Source of the DNA: Advenella sp.
GTDB taxonomy: Bacteria > Pseudomonadota > Gammaproteobacteria > Burkholderiales > Burkholderiaceae_B
NCBI GenBank assembly: GCA_050742695.1
Contig: JBOIGK010000800.1
Span: 1-40,762, forward strand
Length of the DNA stretch: 40,762 bases
Direction of reading: 5' to 3'
Made by a program: the position numbers and the translations under genes. The notes below the pieces were generated by a model. It was not told the origin of the DNA. It was given only the letters and a program-made list of their open reading frames with translations, and made no database searches. This document shows, in pieces, positions 8,171-17,114 of the stretch (the stretch's first letter is position 1; each line of letters begins with the position of its first letter).

Positions 8171-9243
8171 TCCGCCTCCGGCTTAAAAGACAAATTATTA
8201 ATGACCGAAGCCAACCTTTGCCCAGCTGCCTTTTGGGCTGGAATACTGGCAATTACCGTTGGGCGTTCTTTGTCTGTATTGGTACAAATTCCACCCCAGT
8301 TGGAAATTTCGAAGAAGTTTTCCAGATCAAGAGAGGTGCTCTTGCTGGCTAACTCTTCAATCATCAACACTACCCCCTGAACCGGCCGATGTTTAAGCAG
8401 CTCCTGAATTGCGTAGCCGAAAGCATTGATCATCACGGCATGGAACTGGATGTAATCCCGTTTGTATTCAGCGGGAGAAACACTGTGGTGAAGATCCTTG
8501 ATTGCGGTAAGGCCAAGCCATGCTTCCCAGATGTCGTAAATATCGCCTATCGAGAGTTTTCCCCCCTTACTGACGGAGAATTTTGTTGTTGCATCAGACA
8601 GTGCCTTAAAGCTGACCCACAGCTCGCTTTTAGCCGGAACAACATTGTGTTCAAAGTCAGTTATCACTGAGAACAGTTCGTGAGTTGATAGGAAAGAAAC
8701 CATATTTTGGGCGACAGCGTCTCTTCCGTTGTAAGCCATGTTGATTGCGGCTGACGGTTTCGACACGTTGTTATTTATGTCAGAGAAAAACTGCTGCCTT
8801 ACTTTTAGCGGTAATTTCTGCGTCAGCATCAGAGGAACTGAAATAGAAGTGCTGTTGTTTCGGCAAAAGTCGCTGATCCCGGCAGCGCGGTGCTGACCAT
8901 CAAATAATTTAATTTCTGCATCCATTGGAAATCTTACGATGCCGACGTTCGTGTTGCCGAACGGTTCGAATTCAATATCAGAATCACAGTTGCCAACCAG
9001 CGGCGGAATAATGAATGCCGTTTTGGTTTCAACTGAATTGACTAAATAGTCATGGAATTTTTTAACCCGAGTTTTGTTAATTTCACGCTGAGAACGGTCA
9101 AGAGCATGGCCGAAATTATCAGAGGACAATACTCTGGTTAGCGTTCTGCCGGGAATAGTCATCAACAAAACATAGGTGTCACCCTGAAATCCATATGACG
9201 CAGGGAACTCGAAGTAATATTCCATTTCTGTTTTGTTGGTCAT
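8167..9243 (-). CDS. DGQHR-domain / DndB-like protein
   Basis: SQREINKTRV, IKLFDGQHRAAGI, RQQFFSDINNN motifs. Confidence 0.85.
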   Translation of the reverse strand: MTNKTEMEYYFEFPASYGFQGDTYVLLMTIPGRTLTRVLSSDNFGHALDRSQREINKTRVKKFHDYLVNSVETKTAFIIPPLVGNCDSDIEFEPFGNTNVGIVRFPMDAEIKLFDGQHRAAGISDFCRNNSTSISVPLMLTQKLPLKVRQQFFSDINNNVSKPSAAINMAYNGRDAVAQNMVSFLSTHELFSVITDFEHNVVPAKSELWVSFKALSDATTKFSVSKGGKLSIGDIYDIWEAWLGLTAIKDLHHSVSPAEYKRDYIQFHAVMINAFGYAIQELLKHRPVQGVVLMIEELASKSTSLDLENFFEISNWGGICTNTDKERPTVIASIPAQKAAGQRLASVINNLSFKPEAE

Positions 9244-9374
9244 TTAATTTTCCCCTTCATCCCCAGTTTCGCTTTCAGCTCTGCCAACTTAGCGAGATTG
9301 CGGCTTTTACCCGCCGCACGGTTGTAATCGAGTAAAGGCTGTTCGGCCTTTGGTTTATCAGCTGGCTCGCTCAT
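9240..9374 (-). CDS. Small basic hypothetical protein (44 aa)
   Basis: MSEPADKPK...KLAELKAKLGMKGKIK; GGAGG upstream; stop overlaps next start. Confidence 0.55.
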   Translation of the reverse strand: MSEPADKPKAEQPLLDYNRAAGKSRNLAKLAELKAKLGMKGKIK

Positions 9375-9573
9375 ATTGGAAAGCCTCCCCGGCACCGACA
9401 CGGGCGCGCTTCTCAGCCTTGCGGCAGAAGTCGGCGCGTTCGTCAGACCAGTAAACGTTTTTGCCATGCGCCAGCGCGTTGGCTGCCGCCCAGAGTTTCG
9501 CAGCCTCGGCAAAGTCGCCGCGCTGCTCTGCGGCCACTGCTTGTGCTGACAGGTTGATGTAGCCGATGGTCAT
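9358..9573 (-). CDS. ANR-family small helical protein
   Basis: A..AEQRGDFAEAAKLW..A...A...N..WS..RADFC pattern. Confidence 0.65.
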   Translation of the reverse strand: MTIGYINLSAQAVAAEQRGDFAEAAKLWAAANALAHGKNVYWSDERADFCRKAEKRARVGAGEAFQYERAS

Positions 9574-10016
9574 GAGAGACCTCCCACACCACGTCTTATG
9601 TTGCTGGCTATCAGGTCTCGATAGGTGTCAGGTGATATCTCGACACCGGTTTCAAAGAATGAAAGCTTGCCCTTCATAGGAAGGAACGGCAGCGGCCGAC
9701 CGTCTGCCAGGATGAATCCTTGCGGACCAAAAAACCAAGGAGATGATGACGTATCTACGCTATCGGTTATCGTGGTAATGCCCACAATGCCACCGCGAGC
9801 AAAACTGTCTCGCGAAGGCATTTCAGCCAGTAAACCCAATCCGCCCATAATCCCCAGCGCCGCAGAAAAATCCGGAAGGCTAGGTTTTGCTGCACTGGCA
9901 TGAATGAGCACCGGCCCACGGTATTTCGTGCGCCAGCTGCGGTTCTCAATGTCTTTGTAGCCATTGGCAATCAACCATGCCCATGGCTGCCGGATAGATA
10001 ACGCCTTCATGGTCAC
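9570..10016 (-). CDS. ASCH-domain protein
   Basis: KALSIRQPWAWLIANGYKDIENRSWRTKYRGPVLIHAS. Confidence 0.88.
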   Translation of the reverse strand: MTMKALSIRQPWAWLIANGYKDIENRSWRTKYRGPVLIHASAAKPSLPDFSAALGIMGGLGLLAEMPSRDSFARGGIVGITTITDSVDTSSSPWFFGPQGFILADGRPLPFLPMKGKLSFFETGVEISPDTYRDLIASNIRRGVGGLS

Positions 10017-10288
10017 ATCCCCGCGTGGGCTTCGGCGCGCTGCTGCGCCTTCAGGTGGTTCGGGTTGCGGGCGTTCTTCGCCGCCAGTGACGGGTCACGC
10101 TCGATCAGCTCAGGGTTCTGCTTGCGCGCATCAAGCCACGCTTCAACTTCTTCCTGATCCCAAGCCACTACGCGGCTGGTGAGAGGGAAGCGCTTCGGAA
10201 AGTCACCGGCTTTTTCTAACTTGTCGATGGCGTACTCAGACAGAGGCACCATGCTCAAGAGTTTGGTTTTGCGTACTGCTGCTTTCAT
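10013..10288 (-). CDS. AlpA-family DNA-binding protein / probable excisionase
   Basis: LEKAGDFPKRFPLTSRVVAWDQEEVEAWL; GAGG before ATG 10288. Confidence 0.8.
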   Translation of the reverse strand: MKAAVRKTKLLSMVPLSEYAIDKLEKAGDFPKRFPLTSRVVAWDQEEVEAWLDARKQNPELIERDPSLAAKNARNPNHLKAQQRAEAHAGM

Positions 10289-10332
10289 AGGTTGATCCTC
10301 AAGAGGGGCGGGGCGACTGCCCCGCATGGTGG

Positions 10333-11388
10333 TTATTGGAATTCAGGACGGAGATCGTTCAGGGTGATGGTGAAGGCTTCGAACAGCTCAGCGCCGAGCT
10401 TCTGTTCCCGCTTTTTCAGTTCTTTCTCTACCGCAGCGAACTGGCCGGCAGGGTCTTCACCGCCAAGGTCAAGGCTGTTGATCGCCGCCTCAATGCAGTG
10501 GTGACTATCGATGCGCGCATACTTCACTTTCGCGGCGTAAAGCAGTTCTTCGTAAGCGTTTTTACTGACCAGTGACTGGCTTTCTTTCACCTTTTCACCG
10601 GCGGTGGCAGCTTCTTCCAGCGTTGCTGCATCCTGAATCAGCGCGGTTAACTCGGCGATCAGCGCAGTGTTTTCTTCCTGCGTCGCTTCCAAGACGCCGT
10701 TGATCACGTTGTTCAGGTCAGATGCTGAAGTAGTGGCCGGAGTGATGTCTCTTTCTGGGCGGGTGCTTTCAGCCAGTTCGTCAGGGGTATAAACGCCCAT
10801 GATCACGTCAGGGCAGTGTAGGCGGGACCATCTCTTAACGGCGAGGTAAGCGAGCTGCTGTTTTGGGTCGCTTGCCCACAGGGTGGAATTTCTTACCTGA
10901 GCCTGTGATAAGAGCAACTCGAGTTCACGGGGCTTATCTTCACCTTTCATCGTTGCCCAAACCCGCACGCCGCAGCCTTTTTCGTCTTTCAACGTCCAGT
11001 CAGGTGCAATGTATTTGTTGCCTTTCTGCGATGTCTTCTCGACGAACTTTCCGATTACACCTTCCCAGGGACCAAACCACTCGTAGTTGATGCGGTCTTT
11101 TGTTGGCGACATGGTGGTGATGACTGCGTTAACTAACTGAGCTTCGTAACCCAGCGTCCCGCTGACAACATGCGTTTTCTGAGCTACTGCAAAGGGATTC
11201 ATTCCCCATTGAGCCGCCTGCATTGCAACTGCCATACAGTCGGCAGGTTTACCTACCAGGTGGGAGGGAACGGTCACATTGCCTTTCGCCATAACCTCTG
11301 CAAAACGGAGAAGTTTATCGAGGCCATCCGGGCTGAAAATCGCAGCGGCTGTACCGGCATCTTTATTCAAAACTAATTCATTACTCAT
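10333..11388 (-). CDS. recT: RecT-family single-strand annealing protein
   Basis: VPSHLVGKPADCMAVAMQAAQWGMNPFAVAQKTHVV, LWASDPKQQLAY, GVYTPDEL; follows exonuclease. Confidence 0.88.
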   Translation of the reverse strand: MSNELVLNKDAGTAAAIFSPDGLDKLLRFAEVMAKGNVTVPSHLVGKPADCMAVAMQAAQWGMNPFAVAQKTHVVSGTLGYEAQLVNAVITTMSPTKDRINYEWFGPWEGVIGKFVEKTSQKGNKYIAPDWTLKDEKGCGVRVWATMKGEDKPRELELLLSQAQVRNSTLWASDPKQQLAYLAVKRWSRLHCPDVIMGVYTPDELAESTRPERDITPATTSASDLNNVINGVLEATQEENTALIAELTALIQDAATLEEAATAGEKVKESQSLVSKNAYEELLYAAKVKYARIDSHHCIEAAINSLDLGGEDPAGQFAAVEKELKKREQKLGAELFEAFTITLNDLRPEFQ

Positions 11389-11399
11389 TTTTGTCAGTC

Positions 11400-12206
11400 C
11401 TATTTTCTTGCCCAAGCAGGCCGTTGGATTTTCTCGATTCCGCCCCAAACATTGCTGGTTCGGCACTCATGGAAAGTATTCAGATCACGCCGGTAGAGCC
11501 GGTGACCTTCTGCCACGTCTTCTGTGTCCAGTTCGAAAACGCGCACCGGATACCGGCCGCAGTCGATCGTTTCGCTGACAGCGATGAAGACGAATAGGGG
11601 ATATTCATTGAAGGTCTGGTAGAACCCGTCGCGGTACATGGCGTCCTGCACGTGGTAGCGGAACTCCTCGATGTGCCTGGCGAACCGGTCCATGTCGGCA
11701 ACCTTTTTCACGTCAGCGATAACCGGACGAGCTTTTAGATATTTGTCAGGGCGGCAACGACAAAGCTCGCCGGTTTCATCGTCCTGCCAGTAGAATGAAG
11801 ACTCGGTATATCCGTCTGCTTCGAGCAACCAGCGCGCCGGTGGGTAGGCCATTGCGCTACCCTGCATAAGCGACAGTTTCCGGTGCTGTTCAAAATCCAT
11901 AACCGTTTTGCCCGTGTCCTCACAGTCTTTGAGGAACTGCTTTTCGCGCTCCTTCCCGTCTGTGGTGCGCCGGTTAAACTCTGGCGCTTTGATGAACCGT
12001 TTGCTGAATTCATCCGGCTCCAGCAGCAGGCAGTGCAGGGCGGTGCCCATGTCCAACGCCTTCAGCTTTTCATCATCGACCGGCGCTGTTTTCTTCCAGG
12101 GGAAGATGGCGGGGTTCACCGCCACATCATCGAGCTGGGACTTACTGACACCAGCACCGCTGTGATATTCCTCGTTTGAAATATCGTGATAGATTCCCGG
12201 TTCCAT
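11400..12206 (-). CDS. recE: RecE/exonuclease VIII-like PD-(D/E)xK nuclease
   Basis: MEPGIYHDISNEEYH, GTALHCLLLEP, CRCRPD, ADVK, YHVQDAMY. Confidence 0.9.
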   Translation of the reverse strand: MEPGIYHDISNEEYHSGAGVSKSQLDDVAVNPAIFPWKKTAPVDDEKLKALDMGTALHCLLLEPDEFSKRFIKAPEFNRRTTDGKEREKQFLKDCEDTGKTVMDFEQHRKLSLMQGSAMAYPPARWLLEADGYTESSFYWQDDETGELCRCRPDKYLKARPVIADVKKVADMDRFARHIEEFRYHVQDAMYRDGFYQTFNEYPLFVFIAVSETIDCGRYPVRVFELDTEDVAEGHRLYRRDLNTFHECRTSNVWGGIEKIQRPAWARK

Positions 12207-12502
12207 TAATGTTCTTCCCCCATCAAGAAGCGGTAGTCGTATTCTTCTTTTGCCTGTTCCATGCAGATGGCCCACACCAATTCTTCGTAGGCTTCGGAAC
12301 AGACCGCTTTCGACATTGCAGAAGAGAAGTGCGACAACTGGAGGAAAGGGCTGAGTGCTGCCGAGAAGGTGGCGGGCAACTCTTTAGCCAGTTCGGCCGC
12401 CCGATCTTTCAGCATTTCTTCTTTGCGCTCGTCGGCGTAACTCTGTTCCCAGCGGCGTTCCTCTACCTGCTCATGAATTCCGTGTGAGCTCATTTCATTC
12501 AC
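12206..12502 (-). CDS. Hypothetical protein
   Basis: 98-aa ORF coupled (TAATG) to recE. Confidence 0.7.
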   Translation of the reverse strand: MNEMSSHGIHEQVEERRWEQSYADERKEEMLKDRAAELAKELPATFSAALSPFLQLSHFSSAMSKAVCSEAYEELVWAICMEQAKEEYDYRFLMGEEH

Positions 12503-12505
12503 CTG

Positions 12506-13549
12506 TTAGTAATTAATGTTGGTTGCAAAAACTTTCCCTGATGCGATGCCACGGATGCAGAGGATCGCGAATTCTTCAGGAACTCCGGCAGCGACCAAAT
12601 CAGCAACAGCCTTTTGATTAATCGCGCGTTTATGCTCAACGTTTGCAGCGCGGGCAGCGGCTTCATCAGCGATACGCTCTTGCTCTGCCAATCGAGCCTG
12701 TTCAGCCTGCTGGGCTCTTAACTGCTCGGCGGCGATTGCCTGCTGTTTTTCCTGCTCTGCCTTTTCCAGAGCTTCTTTCTTTTCTCGCTCAGCTCTTTGC
12801 TGGGCTGCCAGTGCATCAGCTTCACGCTTTGCTGAGGCTTCACGTTCTGCTTGAGCCGCCTGATCCGCTTCTCGCTTGACGCGCTCAGCGATTTCTTTTT
12901 CCCGTGCGGCTTCCAGATCTTTCTGGCGCTGTGCTTCCTGCTGAATCCGCAGGTTTTCAAGCTCAGCGGCCTCCGCTTCACGCTTGGTCGCCAGCTCGAG
13001 GGCCTGTTCCAACTTCGAAACCGCCGCGTCTTTAGCGACGGCTGCTTCAGCTGTTAATTCCAGCCAACTCTCATCTATGGCGATGACCTTCACGTCATTC
13101 AGGCGGGCCGCGATTTCAGAGGAGTGGTAAGGGGATCCGAACTCATCAACAACCTGTGATGAATTGCGCAGGCAGGTAAGCCGGTTTTGCAGGTCAGCGA
13201 TTCGCTGTTTTTCCGCATTTTCATACTCGGTGAGAGGTAGGCGAATCTCGTCGCGCAATGCATCACACGCATCGACAAAGCGTTTCAGCTCACCTTCAGC
13301 TGGCTTGACGGCTTCCTTGAGGCGCTTCAGGTACTCACGCCCCGGCTTTTCAATGGCCGTTTTACTGCGGCTGACTGACGCCGCGAGAGAAGCGATACGG
13401 TCACGACCTTTCTTTGTGCTCAGGTCGGGAACCTCGTTTACTGCTTCACGGATTTCAGCCAGGAATCCGTCTAAACCCAACGGCACGTAAAGAGTCGGCG
13501 CCATGTCTTCCGTGATAACAACGGAAGGTAATTGTTTTTCTTCACTCAT
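12506..13549 (-). CDS. Coiled-coil early protein (often mislabelled TolA-like)
   Basis: PDLSTKKGRDRIASLAASVSRSKT, R.PLTEYE motifs; E/A/Q/R-rich; AAGGA before ATG 13549. Confidence 0.8.
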   Translation of the reverse strand: MSEEKQLPSVVITEDMAPTLYVPLGLDGFLAEIREAVNEVPDLSTKKGRDRIASLAASVSRSKTAIEKPGREYLKRLKEAVKPAEGELKRFVDACDALRDEIRLPLTEYENAEKQRIADLQNRLTCLRNSSQVVDEFGSPYHSSEIAARLNDVKVIAIDESWLELTAEAAVAKDAAVSKLEQALELATKREAEAAELENLRIQQEAQRQKDLEAAREKEIAERVKREADQAAQAEREASAKREADALAAQQRAEREKKEALEKAEQEKQQAIAAEQLRAQQAEQARLAEQERIADEAAARAANVEHKRAINQKAVADLVAAGVPEEFAILCIRGIASGKVFATNINY

Positions 13550-13559
13550 TGCTGTGTCC

Positions 13560-13694
13560 TTAGATTTCGCTCGCAATTTTCATTGCTGTTTTGGTGATGT
13601 ACGCCCATTCCACGCCTCTGCGGAAACTCTCAAAAGCGCGGGTCTGGCCGTTGATGGTGAAAACGTGTTTACCGTTTTGGATCGTGAAACGCAT
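13560..13694 (-). CDS. Small hypothetical protein (44 aa, below ORF-track cutoff)
   Basis: MRFTIQNGKHVFTINGQTRAFESFRRGVEWAY...; AGGAG 6 nt before ATG; fills operon gap. Confidence 0.6.
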   Translation of the reverse strand: MRFTIQNGKHVFTINGQTRAFESFRRGVEWAYITKTAMKIASEI

Positions 13695-13707
13695 GTCAGG
13701 CTCCTAA

Positions 13708-13929
13708 TTAGTTACTGTTTTGGTAACTATTCGAGGCATAAAAAGGGTGAGCCGGTGCATCTGGCTCCTTAATTTCCTCAACTTCAGGTTTGAAGGTGAA
13801 GGCCAGAAACTGGCGTTCGTCCATCGTCACTGCGATGCTCGAGTCCGGATAGGACATTTCAAGGCGGTAGTCGCAACCGCGACGACGCACGATGAAGATT
13901 TCCCCGGTGAGCGTATTGATCAGCTTCAT
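13708..13929 (-). CDS. Hypothetical protein
   Basis: 73-aa ORF with GGAG upstream; near start of leftward operon. Confidence 0.55.
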   Translation of the reverse strand: MKLINTLTGEIFIVRRRGCDYRLEMSYPDSSIAVTMDERQFLAFTFKPEVEEIKEPDAPAHPFYASNSYQNSN

Positions 13930-14068
13930 TTACTGTCTCCGGTTGTGGCCTTACCGAAGCCCACGCACGCATGGGCAGCGGTGAGACTACATTGAAGTTC
14001 ACATACAATTTCCCTTATGAAAGCCTCGTCTGCGGGGGTGTATGTCATCCTGATTTTTAAAGAGCGGG

Positions 14069-14157
14069 TTACCATTTCGGTAACCGATGGAGGTAATCTA
14101 AATTCATTTACGGGTGGTGTCAATCGTTAACAAGAAATAAAGTTACCAAAAGGGTAA
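14069..14157 (-). promoter_or_regulatory. Early leftward promoter with flanking operators
   Basis: TTGACA(14123-14118)-17-TAGATT; operators TTACCATTTCGGTAA 14069-83 and TTACCAAAAGGGTAA 14143-57. Confidence 0.8.
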
Positions 14158-14226
14158 TTATTTGGTGGTGAGGGAATGTACAGGATGGTAGCGCCAAGAT
14201 TATGCATGGCGCACAGATAGAGGGGG

Positions 14227-14823
14227 TTACTTGCTGTTTTGGCTCATTACGAAGTCGATGAACGATTTGATCTTGGCTTTTTCTTCTGCTGGCAGTGCTG
14301 CATACCGGCTATGGTCATACTGAATGACTGACTCATCATGCGGCGGGATCAGCATTTCATATGCGCGGCGGTTAAATACAGCGGCTATGGCAGCCAGGTT
14401 GTTAATCGAAATGCTCGCCTCGCGTTTCAGCAGGCGGTTAATAGTGGACTGGCCGACTTCTGCCTTTTCGGCAACTGCTGCCTGCGTTCTCAGTTCTTTA
14501 TTTGCCTGCATCCATGCTGTCAGGTTATTGGCCGCGATGATGCCAATCTCGGTGTTGGCGTCTACCGGCTCAACGTCTGCGGAAATAGCCATCGCGTGAT
14601 CAGTGTCCAGCCAGAACGCAGGTCGGCGTGCAGCCGCTTCAATCTTCCTGGCTGATGCTCCACCAATATTTTTTGCACTGGCCATCTCCGGCGAAGCCAT
14701 CCAACGCGATATCAAATTAGGCTGAAAACCCAAAGCTTCCGCCATGCGGATCTGCCTACCGTCAAAGTCTTTCTGAATGATAGTTCTGAGGTTTTCTCTT
14801 CTGATGTCGTGGATGCTTTTCAT
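14227..14823 (-). CDS. Prophage repressor, two HTH domains, no autoprotease domain (SPC32H Rep-like)
   Basis: MKSIHDIRRENL..ARKIE...FWLD first HTH; QAAVAEKAEVGQSTINRLL second HTH; 198 aa; divergent from cro-like gene. Confidence 0.88.
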   Translation of the reverse strand: MKSIHDIRRENLRTIIQKDFDGRQIRMAEALGFQPNLISRWMASPEMASAKNIGGASARKIEAAARRPAFWLDTDHAMAISADVEPVDANTEIGIIAANNLTAWMQANKELRTQAAVAEKAEVGQSTINRLLKREASISINNLAAIAAVFNRRAYEMLIPPHDESVIQYDHSRYAALPAEEKAKIKSFIDFVMSQNSK

Positions 14824-14870
14824 GGCCTTCTTTGGGTTCCGGTAACGTGTTGATGCTATTTAAATCAAAG

Positions 14871-14937
14871 TTACCAAAAAGGTAAATGCACCATTTTGGT
14901 AATCACGCTTGCAGGACGGCACCTTTTGGGTAATCAT
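14871..14937. promoter_or_regulatory. Operator cluster and rightward promoter between rep and cro
   Basis: TTACCAAAAAGGTAA 14871-85, GCACCATTTTGGTAA 14888-902, GCACCTTTTGGGTAA 14919-33; TTGCAG-17-AATCAT. Confidence 0.75.
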
Positions 14938-14969
14938 TGACCCGATATAGCGATTTAAACGAGGATAAA

Positions 14970-15191
14970 ATGAACGATTTCGACTTCAAAAAGTTCTGGC
15001 TAAGCCTGACTCCTGAAAATCGTCTGCAAGTTGCTACCAATGCGGGTACAACGCCGGGGTACATAAAATCCCATCTCATTAATAAAAATAAGGTGCCGCG
15101 CACCGAGTTGATGAGCAACCTGCATCAGGCTTGCGTTACGGCCGGAGCAGACGTTTCCAAAGAAAAATTCATTGGTCTTTTTTACGAATGA
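14970..15191 (+). CDS. Cro-like regulator
   Basis: Small HTH-like protein (VATNAGTTPGYI) divergent from repressor; GAGG before ATG 14970. Confidence 0.75.
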   Translation: MNDFDFKKFWLSLTPENRLQVATNAGTTPGYIKSHLINKNKVPRTELMSNLHQACVTAGADVSKEKFIGLFYE

Positions 15192-15220
15192 TTCAGATTC
15201 AGCCTTCACCGGGTTAAGCA

Positions 15221-15243
15221 AACCTCCTTCGGGAGGTTTTTTT
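15221..15243 (+). terminator. Intrinsic terminator after cro
   Basis: AACCTCC-TTCG-GGAGGTT-TTTTT. Confidence 0.85.
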
Positions 15244-15357
15244 ATGCCTGAAAATCAAGGGCGCCTCGCAGGTAGGTAACAAAAATCCAAATACGGTTGA
15301 TCGTTCTGAAAAATACATGCATTCTTATATCACAGAACACAGTTAAAGGACTGCATC

Positions 15358-15582
15358 ATGAAGGTTATTACCAGAGTAGAGGCCATAGAAGCAGGCTCTC
15401 TTCGCTTTTACACCGGGAAAAAGTGCCGTCATGGGCACGACTCCGAGCGCTTCACCAGTAATGGCGTGTGCGTCGAGTGCAGCGCCAAACATTCATCTGA
15501 TTATCAGACCAAGTTAAGAAAGCTCATCCACTCCAAACGCGCCGAGATTAATGCTCAGGGGAACGTTCAGGAGGTGTACTGA
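15358..15582 (+). CDS. Small Cys/His (putative Zn-binding) protein
   Basis: FYTGKKCRHGH...CVEC; AAGGA RBS. Confidence 0.75.
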   Translation: MKVITRVEAIEAGSLRFYTGKKCRHGHDSERFTSNGVCVECSAKHSSDYQTKLRKLIHSKRAEINAQGNVQEVY

Positions 15583-16475
15583 TGGCCGGTGACTGGATCA
15601 AGATGCGGGCCGACTTGCATACGCATCCGAAAATTGTCCGCATGGCGTCCGCATTGAAAGCGGACAGACTTCGGATTGTTGGCGGACTACATTCCGCATG
15701 GTGTCTTTTCGATGTCCATTCTGTTGATGGATTTCTTGACGGATACACTGCTGAAACACTCGATGACATGATCGGTTTCCCCGGATTTTCCCGCGCAATG
15801 ATGGCTGTAGGCTGGCTGGAAATGGATGGTGAAAATCTCGTAATGCCCAGATTTGACGAGCATAACGGTCAATCTGCCAAGCGTCGCGCGCAGGATGCAG
15901 CACGTAAAAAAAGCGTCCGCAAAATGTCCGCTTCCGATGCGGACAAAATGAAGACCAGAGAAGAGAAGAGAAGAGAAGATATAAAAGACTTAGATCCCCC
16001 TATATCCCCCGTGAATAAAAAACAGGTTTTTGATTATCCGCCACAGCTCAATGCTCAGGCATGGGATGAGTGGAAGCTCTACCGGCGGGATATGAAAATC
16101 AAAGCGTATGCACCTACGCCCCGAAGCGAAGGCGCAGCGATAAACAAACTGCTCGAGCTGTCAGGTGGTAATCAGCAACAGCAGATGTCGATCATCCAGC
16201 AGAGCATGGCTAACGGCTGGGCAGGTTTATTCGAACTCAAAGGTGGGCAGCATGAAACGAGCAGAGGAATTAGTTCAGGAGATACTTACAAAGGCCGCGC
16301 AGTCGAAGCCGTCTTTGCCGCAACAGCAAGACTCCGGCAGCAGGAAGGCATCTACGACGAAAGCGATCCTGTTCTGGGAGAAAATGGTAGTTCTGTATAC
16401 GGACAAATGGACGAGCAGGAACGGAGCGGCCCCGTCATCACTCTGGATTCAGGCGATTGGCAAACTCACCAATGA
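15582..16475 (+). CDS. Replication initiator protein
   Basis: MAGDWIKMRADL..HPK N-terminus, REEKRREDIK linker, QSMANGWAGLF; internal iteron-like repeats. Confidence 0.85.
   Translation: MAGDWIKMRADLHTHPKIVRMASALKADRLRIVGGLHSAWCLFDVHSVDGFLDGYTAETLDDMIGFPGFSRAMMAVGWLEMDGENLVMPRFDEHNGQSAKRRAQDAARKKSVRKMSASDADKMKTREEKRREDIKDLDPPISPVNKKQVFDYPPQLNAQAWDEWKLYRRDMKIKAYAPTPRSEGAAINKLLELSGGNQQQQMSIIQQSMANGWAGLFELKGGQHETSRGISSGDTYKGRAVEAVFAATARLRQQEGIYDESDPVLGENGSSVYGQMDEQERSGPVITLDSGDWQTHQ
15636..15985. repeat. Putative replication origin (iteron-like repeats plus purine tract)
   Basis: GTCCGC-N5-GTCCGC-N7-GCGGAC at 15636-65 and 15915-44, followed by AGAAG repeats and an A-rich tract. Confidence 0.55.
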
Positions 16476-16908
16476 CCAGATCAAAGCGGGCATGGCCGCA
16501 TGCATGCGTCGCAGTTTGGAAGAGGGGAATAACTACGCCCCAGACCTGACAGACTTTCTGGCGCTGGTTCACAGCACCAGCAGTACTGAACTGGGGATCC
16601 CATTCGAAGACGTGGCGAAAGAATTCAAACGCTACTGCCGGGAACGCGGATATTACGACAGCGCAGAGCTGTTCCCGTGGACTAACTCGAACTGGCTGCT
16701 GTACTGGATCTGTACATCGGTGCGCCAGCGTATGGTTCGCTACAACCTGTCAGAGTCTGATGTCGAGAAAGCGCTCCGCAATGAGATCCGAGACTGGGCA
16801 GCGAAGTTGGCAGCCGGCGAAGAGGTGCCGACACCGGCCACAAGAATCGAAAATAAAACGCGTCCCCGTCCTGCGTGGATGGATTTGCTGGATAAGAAAA
16901 GGTCCTGA
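16252..16908 (+). CDS. Replication protein P-like (putative helicase loader)
   Basis: FWEKMVVLYTDKWTSRNG..PS.LW, YAPDLTDFL, LLYWIC; follows and overlaps initiator. Confidence 0.7.
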   Translation: MKRAEELVQEILTKAAQSKPSLPQQQDSGSRKASTTKAILFWEKMVVLYTDKWTSRNGAAPSSLWIQAIGKLTNDQIKAGMAACMRRSLEEGNNYAPDLTDFLALVHSTSSTELGIPFEDVAKEFKRYCRERGYYDSAELFPWTNSNWLLYWICTSVRQRMVRYNLSESDVEKALRNEIRDWAAKLAAGEEVPTPATRIENKTRPRPAWMDLLDKKRS

Positions 16909-17068
16909 GCGCTGAAATTCTTCAACCAGCGGCCCTGAGAATCGATTTAAAGCAGTAAAGCCACATAACGAGATGGATTTGAATCCATAAACGATTGTGG
17001 TGCGTTACAGAGCGTTTTAACGATGGTGCGTTTTGTGAAAACAAGCGCGTTTTTTATGTTGAATATAG

Positions 17069-17101
17069 TTACCATAATGGTAATGTTTACCCTAAAGGTA
17101 A
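17069..17101. promoter_or_regulatory. Tandem repressor operators
   Basis: TTACCATAATGGTAA 17069-83 and TTACCCTAAAGGTAA 17087-101 just upstream of the resolvase RBS. Confidence 0.8.
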
Positions 17102-17114
17102 TTGGAGAGTTTCC

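Noticed and set aside
8167..9243. Complete Dnd phosphorothioation system
   Set aside because: No dndA/C/D/E or ssp genes are present
13926..14123. 65-aa ORF at the start of the leftward operon
   Set aside because: The TTG start is the promoter -35 box, and the internal ATG lacks a properly spaced SD
15351..15362. CTGCATCATGAA shared with the holin start (3617-3628)
   Set aside because: A single 12-mer that includes the ATG; no complementary arm was found here, so it may be chance
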